From the NCBI GenBank assembly GCA_022425325.1, contig JAKMFW010000015.1, positions 15,937 through 79,936 on the forward strand: a stretch of 64,000 bases of DNA. Reading direction: 5' to 3'. Origin of the DNA: Acidimicrobiales bacterium (GTDB lineage Bacteria > Actinomycetota > Acidimicrobiia > Acidimicrobiales > Aldehydirespiratoraceae). Shown piece by piece: positions 56,344 through 64,000 of this stretch; positions within the stretch are counted from its first letter, which is position 1; each line of letters opens with the position of its first letter. The notes under the pieces are model-generated. The model had not been told where the DNA came from. It searched no databases and was given only the letters and a program-made list of their open reading frames with translations. The translations under genes were made by a program, and so were the position numbers.

Positions 56344-57125
56344 GTGTCGAAGTACTCGCCAGCGTTCACCAACAGGCGCTGTCCGGTAATCATCGAGCTG
56401 CGATCGGAGAGGAAGAACATCACCGATTCGGCGACGTCGGTATCGGCCGCCATCGCTCGAAGGGCGTTGGCCCTCGCCAGCTCGTTCTTGATGTCCTCCG
56501 GCTCAACCCCACGCTCACTCGCCTGCCACTGGCAGTACATCTGCACGTTCGGCCCCCACATCCAGCTCGGCACGACCGTGTTGACGCGGATTCCGTCCGG
56601 GCCGAGATCGTTGGCCAGGTCGCGGGCGACCGCGAGCAGCGCAGCCTTCGATGGCCCGTACACCCCCTGTGGCACCGGGTTGGACTTCATCGCCGACTGC
56701 GAGCCGATCAGCACGACCGCTCCCCCGCCATTGGTCTTGAGCGCCGGGACGGCAGCCCGGACGAGGTTGGTGGAGCCATAGACATTGACCTCGAGCACCT
56801 GGCGGAAGGTGTCGGCGTCCATGTCGAGGAGGGTGCCCATCACGGCGTCGTAGGCGGCGACGTTGACCACGCCGTCGAGACCACCGAACCGCTCGACACC
56901 GGCGGACACGGCCTCAGCGAGCGCGTCCGAGTCCATGATGTCGGCCGCCATCGCGAGCGTTCGCTCACCGCCCGGATCGAGTTCCGCAACCGCGCCCTGC
57001 AGACGATCCAGGTTGCGAGCGGTCGCGATCACGTTGGCGCCGTCGCGCAGCGCCGCCGCCGCACACGCACCACCGAGACCGGGACCGACCCCCGAGATCA
57101 GAATGGTCTTCCCCTCAAGCTCCAT
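56340..57125 (-). CDS. SDR oxidoreductase
   Basis: SGVGPGLG, NVAA, YGPSK, PSWMWGP; ATG 57125. Confidence 0.9.
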   Translation of the reverse strand: MELEGKTILISGVGPGLGGACAAAALRDGANVIATARNLDRLQGAVAELDPGGERTLAMAADIMDSDALAEAVSAGVERFGGLDGVVNVAAYDAVMGTLLDMDADTFRQVLEVNVYGSTNLVRAAVPALKTNGGGAVVLIGSQSAMKSNPVPQGVYGPSKAALLAVARDLANDLGPDGIRVNTVVPSWMWGPNVQMYCQWQASERGVEPEDIKNELARANALRAMAADTDVAESVMFFLSDRSSMITGQRLLVNAGEYFDT

Positions 57126-57145
57126 TCCGACAGCCTGGCATGAGG

Positions 57146-58675
57146 TCAGGGCGCCGCCCAATCGACCGGCACCCCGACATCGGCACACGACGTGTCGAGC
57201 GTGCGGAGCGGATCGGCGACGAATCGCTGGACGATGCCGGCAATGCAGTTGTTGCCGAACCAGATGCCGTGGCCCCGGCCGTCCTGGGTGACGGTGGTGG
57301 CGTTGGCGAGGAGATCGGCGGCGGCGTCGGCAAAGGTCGACGGCGTGATCGGATCGAAGGTGCCCGACAGGAGCAGGGTCGGCAGATCCGATGCCACCGG
57401 TGTGCCGACGACGGCGTCAGCCTCGCCTTGCTCCCAAGCCGGGCAGAGGTTTCGGAGCGGTTCGACCGGCACTGCCGAACCGAAACCACCGTCGTGGTCG
57501 ACGAACCCGCCGGAGGTGAAGGGCAGACGGTCGTGACACTGCACGGCGAAGTAGGTGCCTTCGCGATTGGCGTTGTAGGCCGCCGTTAGGGTGCGCGTGC
57601 CGACCCGAGCGAGCCACCGTTCGGCATCGGGATCACCGTCGGCGATACCGGTCAACGTCGCCGGAAGGTAGCGGGCTAGCGATTCGTTGTAGAGCAACAG
57701 GAACACGAACTCGGCGAGACGGGTGCCGTCGAGGCGGACGTCGACCTCGCGGTCGAAGCCAGTTTCGTTCGGACTCAGGGTGACGACGCGTGGCGATTCG
57801 TCGAGTTCGGCGATCAACAGGTCGAGACTGAGGGCCACATCGGGGTTGAGATCGGTGCACCGGGTGCTCCGGCCGCAGGTGGCACTGAGCGCGTCGATCG
57901 ACCGTTGGGCGGTGATGGCGACCGACGTGTCGACATCGAGATCGGGCGGGTAGACGCCGTCGAGGACCGTGCCCACGAGTCCCGCCGGAGGCTGACGAAG
58001 CAGCTCGAATCCGATCGTGGTGCCGTACGACACCCCGTACGCGACCCAGCGGTCATAGCCGAGACCGGCCATCACCTGGCCGACGTCGAAGGCATGGTTC
58101 TGGGTCGTGGCGGCGTCGAGCAGACGATCACCGGCGAGCCGCTCGGCGCAGGCGTCGAGGGCACCGGCGGCGAGTTCGCGGCTGCGTTCGCCATCGCGTT
58201 CGACAAGCGCAGGGATCACACCGTCGAATTCAGGGCAATCGAAGTCGGCCGGGGCGAAGCCGGTACCCCGCTGGTCGACGAAGACTTGGGTGAACGGCTG
58301 TTGCGGGAAGAAGCCGGCAAGATCCGAGCTGGACCCACCCGGGCCGCCTTGGAGGACGGCGACCGGCGTGCGGAAGCCGACGTCGTAGCCCGCCATGGTC
58401 GCGATCGAGATCGATGCCGTGGCACCGGATCCGGCGGTTGGATCGAGCGCGACCTCGGCGATACCGCAGGCGACGGTGTCGGCGGCGATCGTCGATGGGC
58501 AGTCGACCTGCGTGATCGCTGCGGGCGCGCGCGCAACTGCGCCCGGAGTGGTCGGGGCCGGCACGGCGGCGTCCGCGACGGTCGTCGTGACCAGCGGTGG
58601 TGCAGCCGCGTTGTCGCCGCACGCAGCAGCGAGGACCGCCGTCACCATGACAGCGGCCGCAAGCCGACGTTTCAC
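57146..58675 (-). CDS. Lipoprotein alpha/beta hydrolase (TAP-like)
   Basis: Lipobox LAAAC, QGGPG, DQRGTG, GVSYG, DPITP, GHG; GTG 58675. Confidence 0.85.
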   Translation of the reverse strand: MKRRLAAAVMVTAVLAAACGDNAAAPPLVTTTVADAAVPAPTTPGAVARAPAAITQVDCPSTIAADTVACGIAEVALDPTAGSGATASISIATMAGYDVGFRTPVAVLQGGPGGSSSDLAGFFPQQPFTQVFVDQRGTGFAPADFDCPEFDGVIPALVERDGERSRELAAGALDACAERLAGDRLLDAATTQNHAFDVGQVMAGLGYDRWVAYGVSYGTTIGFELLRQPPAGLVGTVLDGVYPPDLDVDTSVAITAQRSIDALSATCGRSTRCTDLNPDVALSLDLLIAELDESPRVVTLSPNETGFDREVDVRLDGTRLAEFVFLLLYNESLARYLPATLTGIADGDPDAERWLARVGTRTLTAAYNANREGTYFAVQCHDRLPFTSGGFVDHDGGFGSAVPVEPLRNLCPAWEQGEADAVVGTPVASDLPTLLLSGTFDPITPSTFADAAADLLANATTVTQDGRGHGIWFGNNCIAGIVQRFVADPLRTLDTSCADVGVPVDWAAP

Positions 58676-59472
58676 CAGAGCTGATCGGTGTAGGTGTCGG
58701 TGCCGACGATGGTCGGCAAGAACGGGGCTGCGAAGCTCACCACGCCCTTGCCCGAAGCATCGAGGTCGGCGGCATAGGTCCGGAAGCGGTCCCAGACGGC
58801 GGCCGGGTCGTCCTCGAGGAAGAACATCTGCAGGCGTCGTTCCGGAGGGCCCGGCGGCATGCCGAGATCCATCGGGGCCTGCTCGGTGCCTTCGCCCATC
58901 TGGATGTAACGCCACGACACCATGCTGGCGATCGGCGAGTTCGCGAGGAGTGCCGGGAGCGCCGTTTCGTCGAGGTGAGCGCCCAGTTCTTCGTCGCTCA
59001 CACCCTCGGCGGGATCGACCGCCACGACGGCGAGGCCCTGGTAGTGGTGATCGAAGGCGAGTTCGATCGGAACCGGATCGTCGTCTCGGTAGGCGTGTTC
59101 GGGGTTGGAGAGCAACACCGTGTGGGCGTGCTGGCGCTCCATGAACCCTCGGTTGTTCATGTAGAGGTCGACGACCTGATTGCCGGCCCAGTCGAAGTGC
59201 TCCTTGTGCTTGTCCTCGAGCACCCAGTAGGTCGCAAGGTAGGAACCCTTGTCGTGGGGGCTGGCAACCGGGGTGTCGCCCTCGGGGAAGCGGAGATCCT
59301 TCATCGCCCGGGTGGCGACCCACCGCTTGCCGGCAAACAGCCACGGGCCGATCATGCAGCCGGCGTAGAAGTGGTCGCGCTCGTACCAGCGGTTGTAGGC
59401 GACCTCGTGACCCTTGCTCGGGTCGACGAGGGTGAACAGCGCCGAACCGGCAACGATTGGGTAGTCATTCAT
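58672..59472 (-). CDS. Conserved hypothetical protein (possible EthD-like dimeric alpha/beta barrel)
   Basis: Clear coding bias; AYNRWYERDH, YLATYW; ends GTDTYTDQLW. Confidence 0.7.
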   Translation of the reverse strand: MNDYPIVAGSALFTLVDPSKGHEVAYNRWYERDHFYAGCMIGPWLFAGKRWVATRAMKDLRFPEGDTPVASPHDKGSYLATYWVLEDKHKEHFDWAGNQVVDLYMNNRGFMERQHAHTVLLSNPEHAYRDDDPVPIELAFDHHYQGLAVVAVDPAEGVSDEELGAHLDETALPALLANSPIASMVSWRYIQMGEGTEQAPMDLGMPPGPPERRLQMFFLEDDPAAVWDRFRTYAADLDASGKGVVSFAAPFLPTIVGTDTYTDQLW

Positions 59473-59479
59473 GGCTTCC

Positions 59480-59947
59480 TCAGGAGTCGTAGACGGTGCG
59501 GCCGATCCAATCGGCGACGAGGGCCGGTTTGCCTTCGCCCTCGATTTCGACCGTGATCGTGCGGGTGGAGTTGACGGCGGTGCCCTTGAGTTCGACGGCC
59601 GAGGTGACGGCCGAGGCCCGGATGCGCTTGCCCGACAGCACCGGGTTGATGAAGCGGACCTTTTCGAAGCCGTAGTTGATGCCCATCTGGATGCCCTCGA
59701 GCGGGATCTCGTTGGGGATCGAGGCGGTGAGCTTCACCAGCATCGACAGGGTGAGGAAGCCGTGGGCGATCGTGCCGCCGAAGACCGGGGTCGCCCGCTC
59801 CGGATCGATATGGATGAACTGGTGATCGTGGGTGCAGTCGGCGAAGTCGTTGATCTGCTCCTGGGTGATCTGGAACCAGTCGCCGGTGGCTTCGTCGTTG
59901 CCTACGCGGGCGTTGATCGCCTCGTAGGCGGCGGCAGCGTTGCTCAT
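59480..59947 (-). CDS. MaoC family dehydratase
   Basis: ITQEQINDFADCTHDHQFIHID, IAHGFLTL, NYGFEKVRF; ATG 59947. Confidence 0.92.
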   Translation of the reverse strand: MSNAAAAYEAINARVGNDEATGDWFQITQEQINDFADCTHDHQFIHIDPERATPVFGGTIAHGFLTLSMLVKLTASIPNEIPLEGIQMGINYGFEKVRFINPVLSGKRIRASAVTSAVELKGTAVNSTRTITVEIEGEGKPALVADWIGRTVYDS

Positions 59948-59981
59948 GTCGTTTCTCCGTTCCGGGGACGTGGCGGGGACC

Positions 59982-60833
59982 TTAGTTCCGGAGCGCGACG
60001 GCGAGCATTTCGGCTGCCGGGTCAACGGCGGCGCCGTCGCGGCGGGCGAGGACGAGGGTCCGTTCGGCGATCACCCGCCCCGGGCCGAAGTCCGGTCCGG
60101 CTTGGACGACCGGCAGCACGGTCGAGCCCACCCCGAGCTCGACCATCGTGCGGAGCACTTCGGGCTGGTTCGATTCTGCCACGATCGTGGTCGGCGCACC
60201 GAGGCGCTGCAGGGCTTCCTCGGCGATCGCGCGGGTGTGGGAACCCTGGGCGAACAGCACCCATGGACCCCATGCGGTGACGTCACGGGGCAGACCTCGC
60301 GTCGGGGTGAAGACGGCGAGCGGCTCGTTCATCAGCGACTCGGTGTGGACGCCCCGTCGGGTGTGTCCTCCGACGACGACCGCAAGGTCGAGGTCGCCCG
60401 ATTCGATTTCGTCGAGCAGTTCGCCTGACGGCGCGACCCGCAACGTGAGGTGAAGCTCAGGGTGATCGTCGCGGAACTGGCGGAGCACGTCGGTGAAGTG
60501 GCCGACGGCTGCGGCATCGATCATGCCGACCCGCAACTCGCCCGCCCGACCGGTGCGGGTGCGCTCCGCCCAGTCGGCGAGATCGCTGGTGAGGGCGATG
60601 ACCTGTCGGGCGTGGGCGAGCACCGGTTCGGCGGTCGGCCGCAACGTGCGTCGGCGACCCTCCCGATCGAACAGCGGTACGCCGATACGGCGCTCGAGTT
60701 CGCTCAATCCCTGCGAGAGCGCGGAGGGCGACACACCGATCCGGGCTGCGGCATCAGCCCACGACGGTTCGGTGGACACGGCCACGAGATAGTCGAGTTG
60801 GCGAATGGAGAGGTCCGGGAGCGCAGGAGTCAC
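59982..60833 (-). CDS. LysR family transcriptional regulator
   Basis: AAARIGVSPSALSQGLSELERRIGVPLFDR HTH, GELRVG, GDLDLA. Confidence 0.93.
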   Translation of the reverse strand: MTPALPDLSIRQLDYLVAVSTEPSWADAAARIGVSPSALSQGLSELERRIGVPLFDREGRRRTLRPTAEPVLAHARQVIALTSDLADWAERTRTGRAGELRVGMIDAAAVGHFTDVLRQFRDDHPELHLTLRVAPSGELLDEIESGDLDLAVVVGGHTRRGVHTESLMNEPLAVFTPTRGLPRDVTAWGPWVLFAQGSHTRAIAEEALQRLGAPTTIVAESNQPEVLRTMVELGVGSTVLPVVQAGPDFGPGRVIAERTLVLARRDGAAVDPAAEMLAVALRN

Positions 60834-60843
60834 CCGTGCAGAA

Positions 60844-60882
60844 TAGTTCAGAGTTGCTTTACTAAATCAGATTCTTGTTGAT
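60844..60882. promoter_or_regulatory. AT-rich divergent control region with two imperfect dyads (candidate LysR sites)
   Basis: TAGT-N13-ACTA (60844-60864) and ATCA-N9-TGAT (60866-60882) between lysR and ino1. Confidence 0.4.
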
Positions 60883-60902
60883 CATTCCTTATGGTGTTGT
60901 CC

Positions 60903-62201
60903 ATGACGAAGAACATCGCCCCCGCAACCGGCAAGCTCGGTGTGCTGACGCCCGGACTCGGTGCCGTCGCCTCGACCTTCATCGCCGGCGTCCTGTCCGC
61001 CCGCCAGACCGGTGTCGCCCCACTCGGCTCGGTCTCCCAGATGGCCCACATCCGTCTCGGTACCCGGGAAGAGGGCCGCAACCCCCTCATCAAGGACTTC
61101 GCTCCCCTCGCCTCACTCGACGACATCGTCTTCGGTGGCTGGGATCCGATCTCCGCCAACGCCCTCGAGGCCGCCCGCACCTGCGGCGTGCTCGAAGAAA
61201 AGGATCTCTCCCCCATCGCCCAGGAACTCGAGGGTGTCGTCGCCATGGACGCCGTCTTCGACCAGACGTGGGTGAGCCGTCTCGAAGGAACCCGCGTCAA
61301 GTCCGAGACCAACAAATGGGACCAGGCCATGGCGCTCATGGCCGACATCGAGAACTTCAGGGTCGAGAACGGGTGCGACCGTCTCGTCATGGTCTGGTGC
61401 GGTTCGACGGAGGCCTTCCAGGAGCCGTCGGCCGTCCACGAGACCGTCGCCGCGTTCGAGCAGGGCCTCAAGGACAACGACGACAACATCTCGCCCTCAC
61501 AGATCTACGTGTACGCCGCGCTACAGAGCGATGTGCCGTTCGCCAACGGCGCGCCGAACCTCTCGACCGACCTGCCCTGCATGCAGGAGCTCTCGCACAC
61601 CCGCGGGGTCCCGATCGCCGGTAAGGATTTCAAGACGGGCCAGACCCTCATGAAGACCCTGCTCGCGCCCGGCCTCAAGGCCCGCATGCTCGGTCTACGC
61701 GGCTGGTACTCGACCAACATCCTTGGCAACCGCGACGGCGAAGTGCTCGACGCCCCCGAGAACTTCAAGACCAAGGAAGAGTCGAAGCTCGGCGTACTCC
61801 ACAAGATCCTCGAGCCCGAGGTGTACCCCGAGCTCTACGGCAACGTCGACCATGTCGTGCGCATCAACTACTACCCGCCCCGCGGCGACAACAAGGAAGG
61901 CTGGGACGCCGTCGACATCTTCGGCTGGATGGGATACCCCATGCAGATCAAGATCGACTTCCTGTGCCGCGACTCGATCCTGGCGGCACCAATCGTGCTC
62001 GACCTCGCACTGTTCATGGACCTCGCCCACCGGGCCGGTGAGTCGGGTGTGCAGGAGTGGTTGAGCTTCTATCTGAAGGCCCCGCAGGCCGCCGGTGACA
62101 ATCCCGCCGAGCAGGACCTCTTCATCCAGCAGACCAAGCTCAAGAACACCCTTCGCGAGTGGATGGGCGAGCTGCCCGTCACCCACAGCGAGGCGGGCTG
62201 A
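60903..62201 (+). CDS. ino1: myo-inositol-1-phosphate synthase
   Basis: GLGAVAST, FGGWD, FANGAPN, GKDFKTGQT, NILGNRDG, GDNKE, RDSILAAP, YLKAP. Confidence 0.95.
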   Translation: MTKNIAPATGKLGVLTPGLGAVASTFIAGVLSARQTGVAPLGSVSQMAHIRLGTREEGRNPLIKDFAPLASLDDIVFGGWDPISANALEAARTCGVLEEKDLSPIAQELEGVVAMDAVFDQTWVSRLEGTRVKSETNKWDQAMALMADIENFRVENGCDRLVMVWCGSTEAFQEPSAVHETVAAFEQGLKDNDDNISPSQIYVYAALQSDVPFANGAPNLSTDLPCMQELSHTRGVPIAGKDFKTGQTLMKTLLAPGLKARMLGLRGWYSTNILGNRDGEVLDAPENFKTKEESKLGVLHKILEPEVYPELYGNVDHVVRINYYPPRGDNKEGWDAVDIFGWMGYPMQIKIDFLCRDSILAAPIVLDLALFMDLAHRAGESGVQEWLSFYLKAPQAAGDNPAEQDLFIQQTKLKNTLREWMGELPVTHSEAG

Positions 62202-62216
62202 ACCGACCGGCGACGG

Positions 62217-63083
62217 TCAGACGGCAACCGGTTCCCGACGCCAGAGTTCGGGATACAGGGGACCCCCGACCCGATCGCCCGGGGCGAGACCGTGCTCGGT
62301 CATCACCTGGGAATGGTCGGGGTCCATGCCCTCCGGCCGGAACATGACCCGGACATCGTCGCCGAGCCATTGGGTGTTGAACACCTTGAGGTCTCGATCC
62401 GGGTGCAACAGGCCCGATCCACCATGGATCATCCGGGCGTTGAAGATCGCCACGTCGCCGGGTTCCATGTCCCAGCTCAGGATCTCGTACTGCTCCCGAT
62501 TGCCCTCGATATCGGGAAACGGCTCGAGCTCGCCCTCGAGCTGGTCGTAGACGACCTGGTCGCGTTCGTCACCGGTGAGCGCCCCGAAGTTGGTCTGGGC
62601 GTAGCGCACGTCCCAGGCGTGGGAGCCCTTCACGAACTCGAGGGCGCTGCGCTTCGCGACCGGCACGAGCGGCATCCACGCCGAGCAGGTGTCGAACCCT
62701 TCGACCGACCAGTAGGGCTCGTCCTGGTGGAACGGCGTGCGGAACTGGCTCCCGGTGCTGCGAGTGAAGATGGCATCGAAGAAGAAGTTCACTGCCTCGA
62801 CGTTCATCACCCGACCGGCGAGCTCCGCCATCGGCGAGTTCTCGACGAAGTCCCGGTATTCCGGAATCTCCTGCCAGACCTGGGAGTCGTAGAACGTGAC
62901 CCGGCCATGCTCGTCTCTGTTCCACACCCGACCTCGAGGCGACGGGTCGACGACGTTGCGCTCGAGGCCCGCCGTGAGCTTCTCGATCCAATCCGGGTTG
63001 ATGACCTGTCGAAGACAGACGACGCCGTCAGTGGCGAAGTCGACAATGTGCTGATGCGTGATGACGTCAGCGAGGTTGGACAC
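62217..63083 (-). CDS. Phytanoyl-CoA dioxygenase family (Fe/2-oxoglutarate)
   Basis: TPFHQD (HxD), GSH, MEPGD, MIHG. Confidence 0.88.
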   Translation of the reverse strand: MSNLADVITHQHIVDFATDGVVCLRQVINPDWIEKLTAGLERNVVDPSPRGRVWNRDEHGRVTFYDSQVWQEIPEYRDFVENSPMAELAGRVMNVEAVNFFFDAIFTRSTGSQFRTPFHQDEPYWSVEGFDTCSAWMPLVPVAKRSALEFVKGSHAWDVRYAQTNFGALTGDERDQVVYDQLEGELEPFPDIEGNREQYEILSWDMEPGDVAIFNARMIHGGSGLLHPDRDLKVFNTQWLGDDVRVMFRPEGMDPDHSQVMTEHGLAPGDRVGGPLYPELWRREPVAV

Positions 63084-63123
63084 GGGACACCCCCTTCGCA
63101 GGCCGGTTGGAATCCGGCGCAGC

Positions 63124-63954
63124 CTAGATGCCGGCGAGGTACGCGAGCGTCGCTTCCCAGGAAGGCGACGCCGGGTCGATGACGTCGAAGTGCCCTTCGT
63201 CCTCGAAGATCAAGGCGTCGACGCTGTCGCCAGCCTTGTCGATGTAGGGCGCCACCACCTCGAACGGCACGTCGTCGTCGCGCAGACCGTGCACGATCAA
63301 CTGAGGGACCTTCACCGGGAGCCGCCGAGCGGGGTCGGCCTCGTCGTATGCCGCGGGAATCTGCTCGGGAGTGCCGCCCATGAACCCCTCGACCGCACCG
63401 CGCCCGAGATCCAACGAGCCAGCGAGATCGGCGACGGGGGCCTGACCCACCACGAGCCGAGGAACGACGACGGGGTCATCACGCTGACCGACCCAGAGTG
63501 CGAGATGCCCACCGGCGGAGTGCCCGATGACGAACACCCGGTCGAGATCGAGGGGCGCATCGATACGGGCAAGGGCGTCGATCGCCGTCGCAATGTCGTC
63601 GAGCGTTCCCGGATAGCCACCGCCTTCGTCGCCGACCCGCCGATACTCGAAATTCCAGGTGGCGTACCCCTTCGAACGGGCGTTGGCGGCCTGTGGTTCG
63701 GACAGGCTGCTGTCGTACGTGTTGCGCCAGAACCCGCCATGGATGAAGGCAATCAACGGGAACGGCCCCTCCCCGGCGTCGATGGGCAACCGGAGGCTGC
63801 CGACCTGCTGAGGCGAGTCGCCGTACCTGACCGAGTCGCCGATGCCGACCTCGAGGACCCCCGAGTCGGTCACGGCCGGGATGGTCTCGTCACCGGGCCC
63901 GTCGGCGCCACACGCCGCGACGAGCACGGCGAGGACGAGCAGGAGCGGACGCAC
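63124..63954 (-). CDS. Lipoprotein alpha/beta hydrolase (esterase)
   Basis: Lipobox LVAAC, HGGFW, EYRRVG, GHSAGG, HG..D, GHF. Confidence 0.88.
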   Translation of the reverse strand: MRPLLLVLAVLVAACGADGPGDETIPAVTDSGVLEVGIGDSVRYGDSPQQVGSLRLPIDAGEGPFPLIAFIHGGFWRNTYDSSLSEPQAANARSKGYATWNFEYRRVGDEGGGYPGTLDDIATAIDALARIDAPLDLDRVFVIGHSAGGHLALWVGQRDDPVVVPRLVVGQAPVADLAGSLDLGRGAVEGFMGGTPEQIPAAYDEADPARRLPVKVPQLIVHGLRDDDVPFEVVAPYIDKAGDSVDALIFEDEGHFDVIDPASPSWEATLAYLAGI

Positions 63955-64000
63955 TCATGCCCCATCGGCGACATCGCGTTCGATCGCCCCCGATGCGAGC

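Noticed and set aside
63955..64000. 3' end of another minus-strand CDS (LASGAIERDVADGA-stop)
   Set aside because: Too short to support or identify

Overview
High-GC actinobacterial chromosome segment, most likely Acidimicrobiia. The taxon is inferred from mycothiol-related genes (mscR, mycoredoxin, ino1), an Rpf-type enzyme, the galU-glp-FmdB-tRNA-Ala neighbourhood and pervasive leaderless genes. About 68 CDS cover molybdopterin synthesis (moaC, moaA, moeA/glp), galU, plsY, uppP, TldD plus two TldE/PmbA proteins, dxs, nfuA, ABC proteins, hemH, an orphan ParA, a lone type II topoisomerase B subunit and many lipid/aromatic catabolic enzymes. There is one tRNA-Ala(CGC). I see no mobile element, prophage or CRISPR array. 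The most notable item is hidden by the ORF track: ORFs 45798..46283 and 45096..45779 are one frame joined by a single TGA in a TPV-U-PLC (UxxC) context, i.e. a probable PrdB/GrdB-like selenoprotein with an extra C-terminal domain. It heads a translationally coupled four-gene operon (selenoprotein, TetR, SRPBCC, sulfatase::DJ-1/PfpI fusion) with a perfect 17-bp operator palindrome inside its promoter. Other highlights are an unannotated ~156-nt structured RNA with its own promoter (55508-55663), a short GlpR/SepX-like division protein, a switch-like structured leader plus 21-bp palindromic tandem repeats before an unknown gene and the orphan ParA, and stop codons that double as -10 boxes. All product calls come from motif recognition by eye; no database searches were run.
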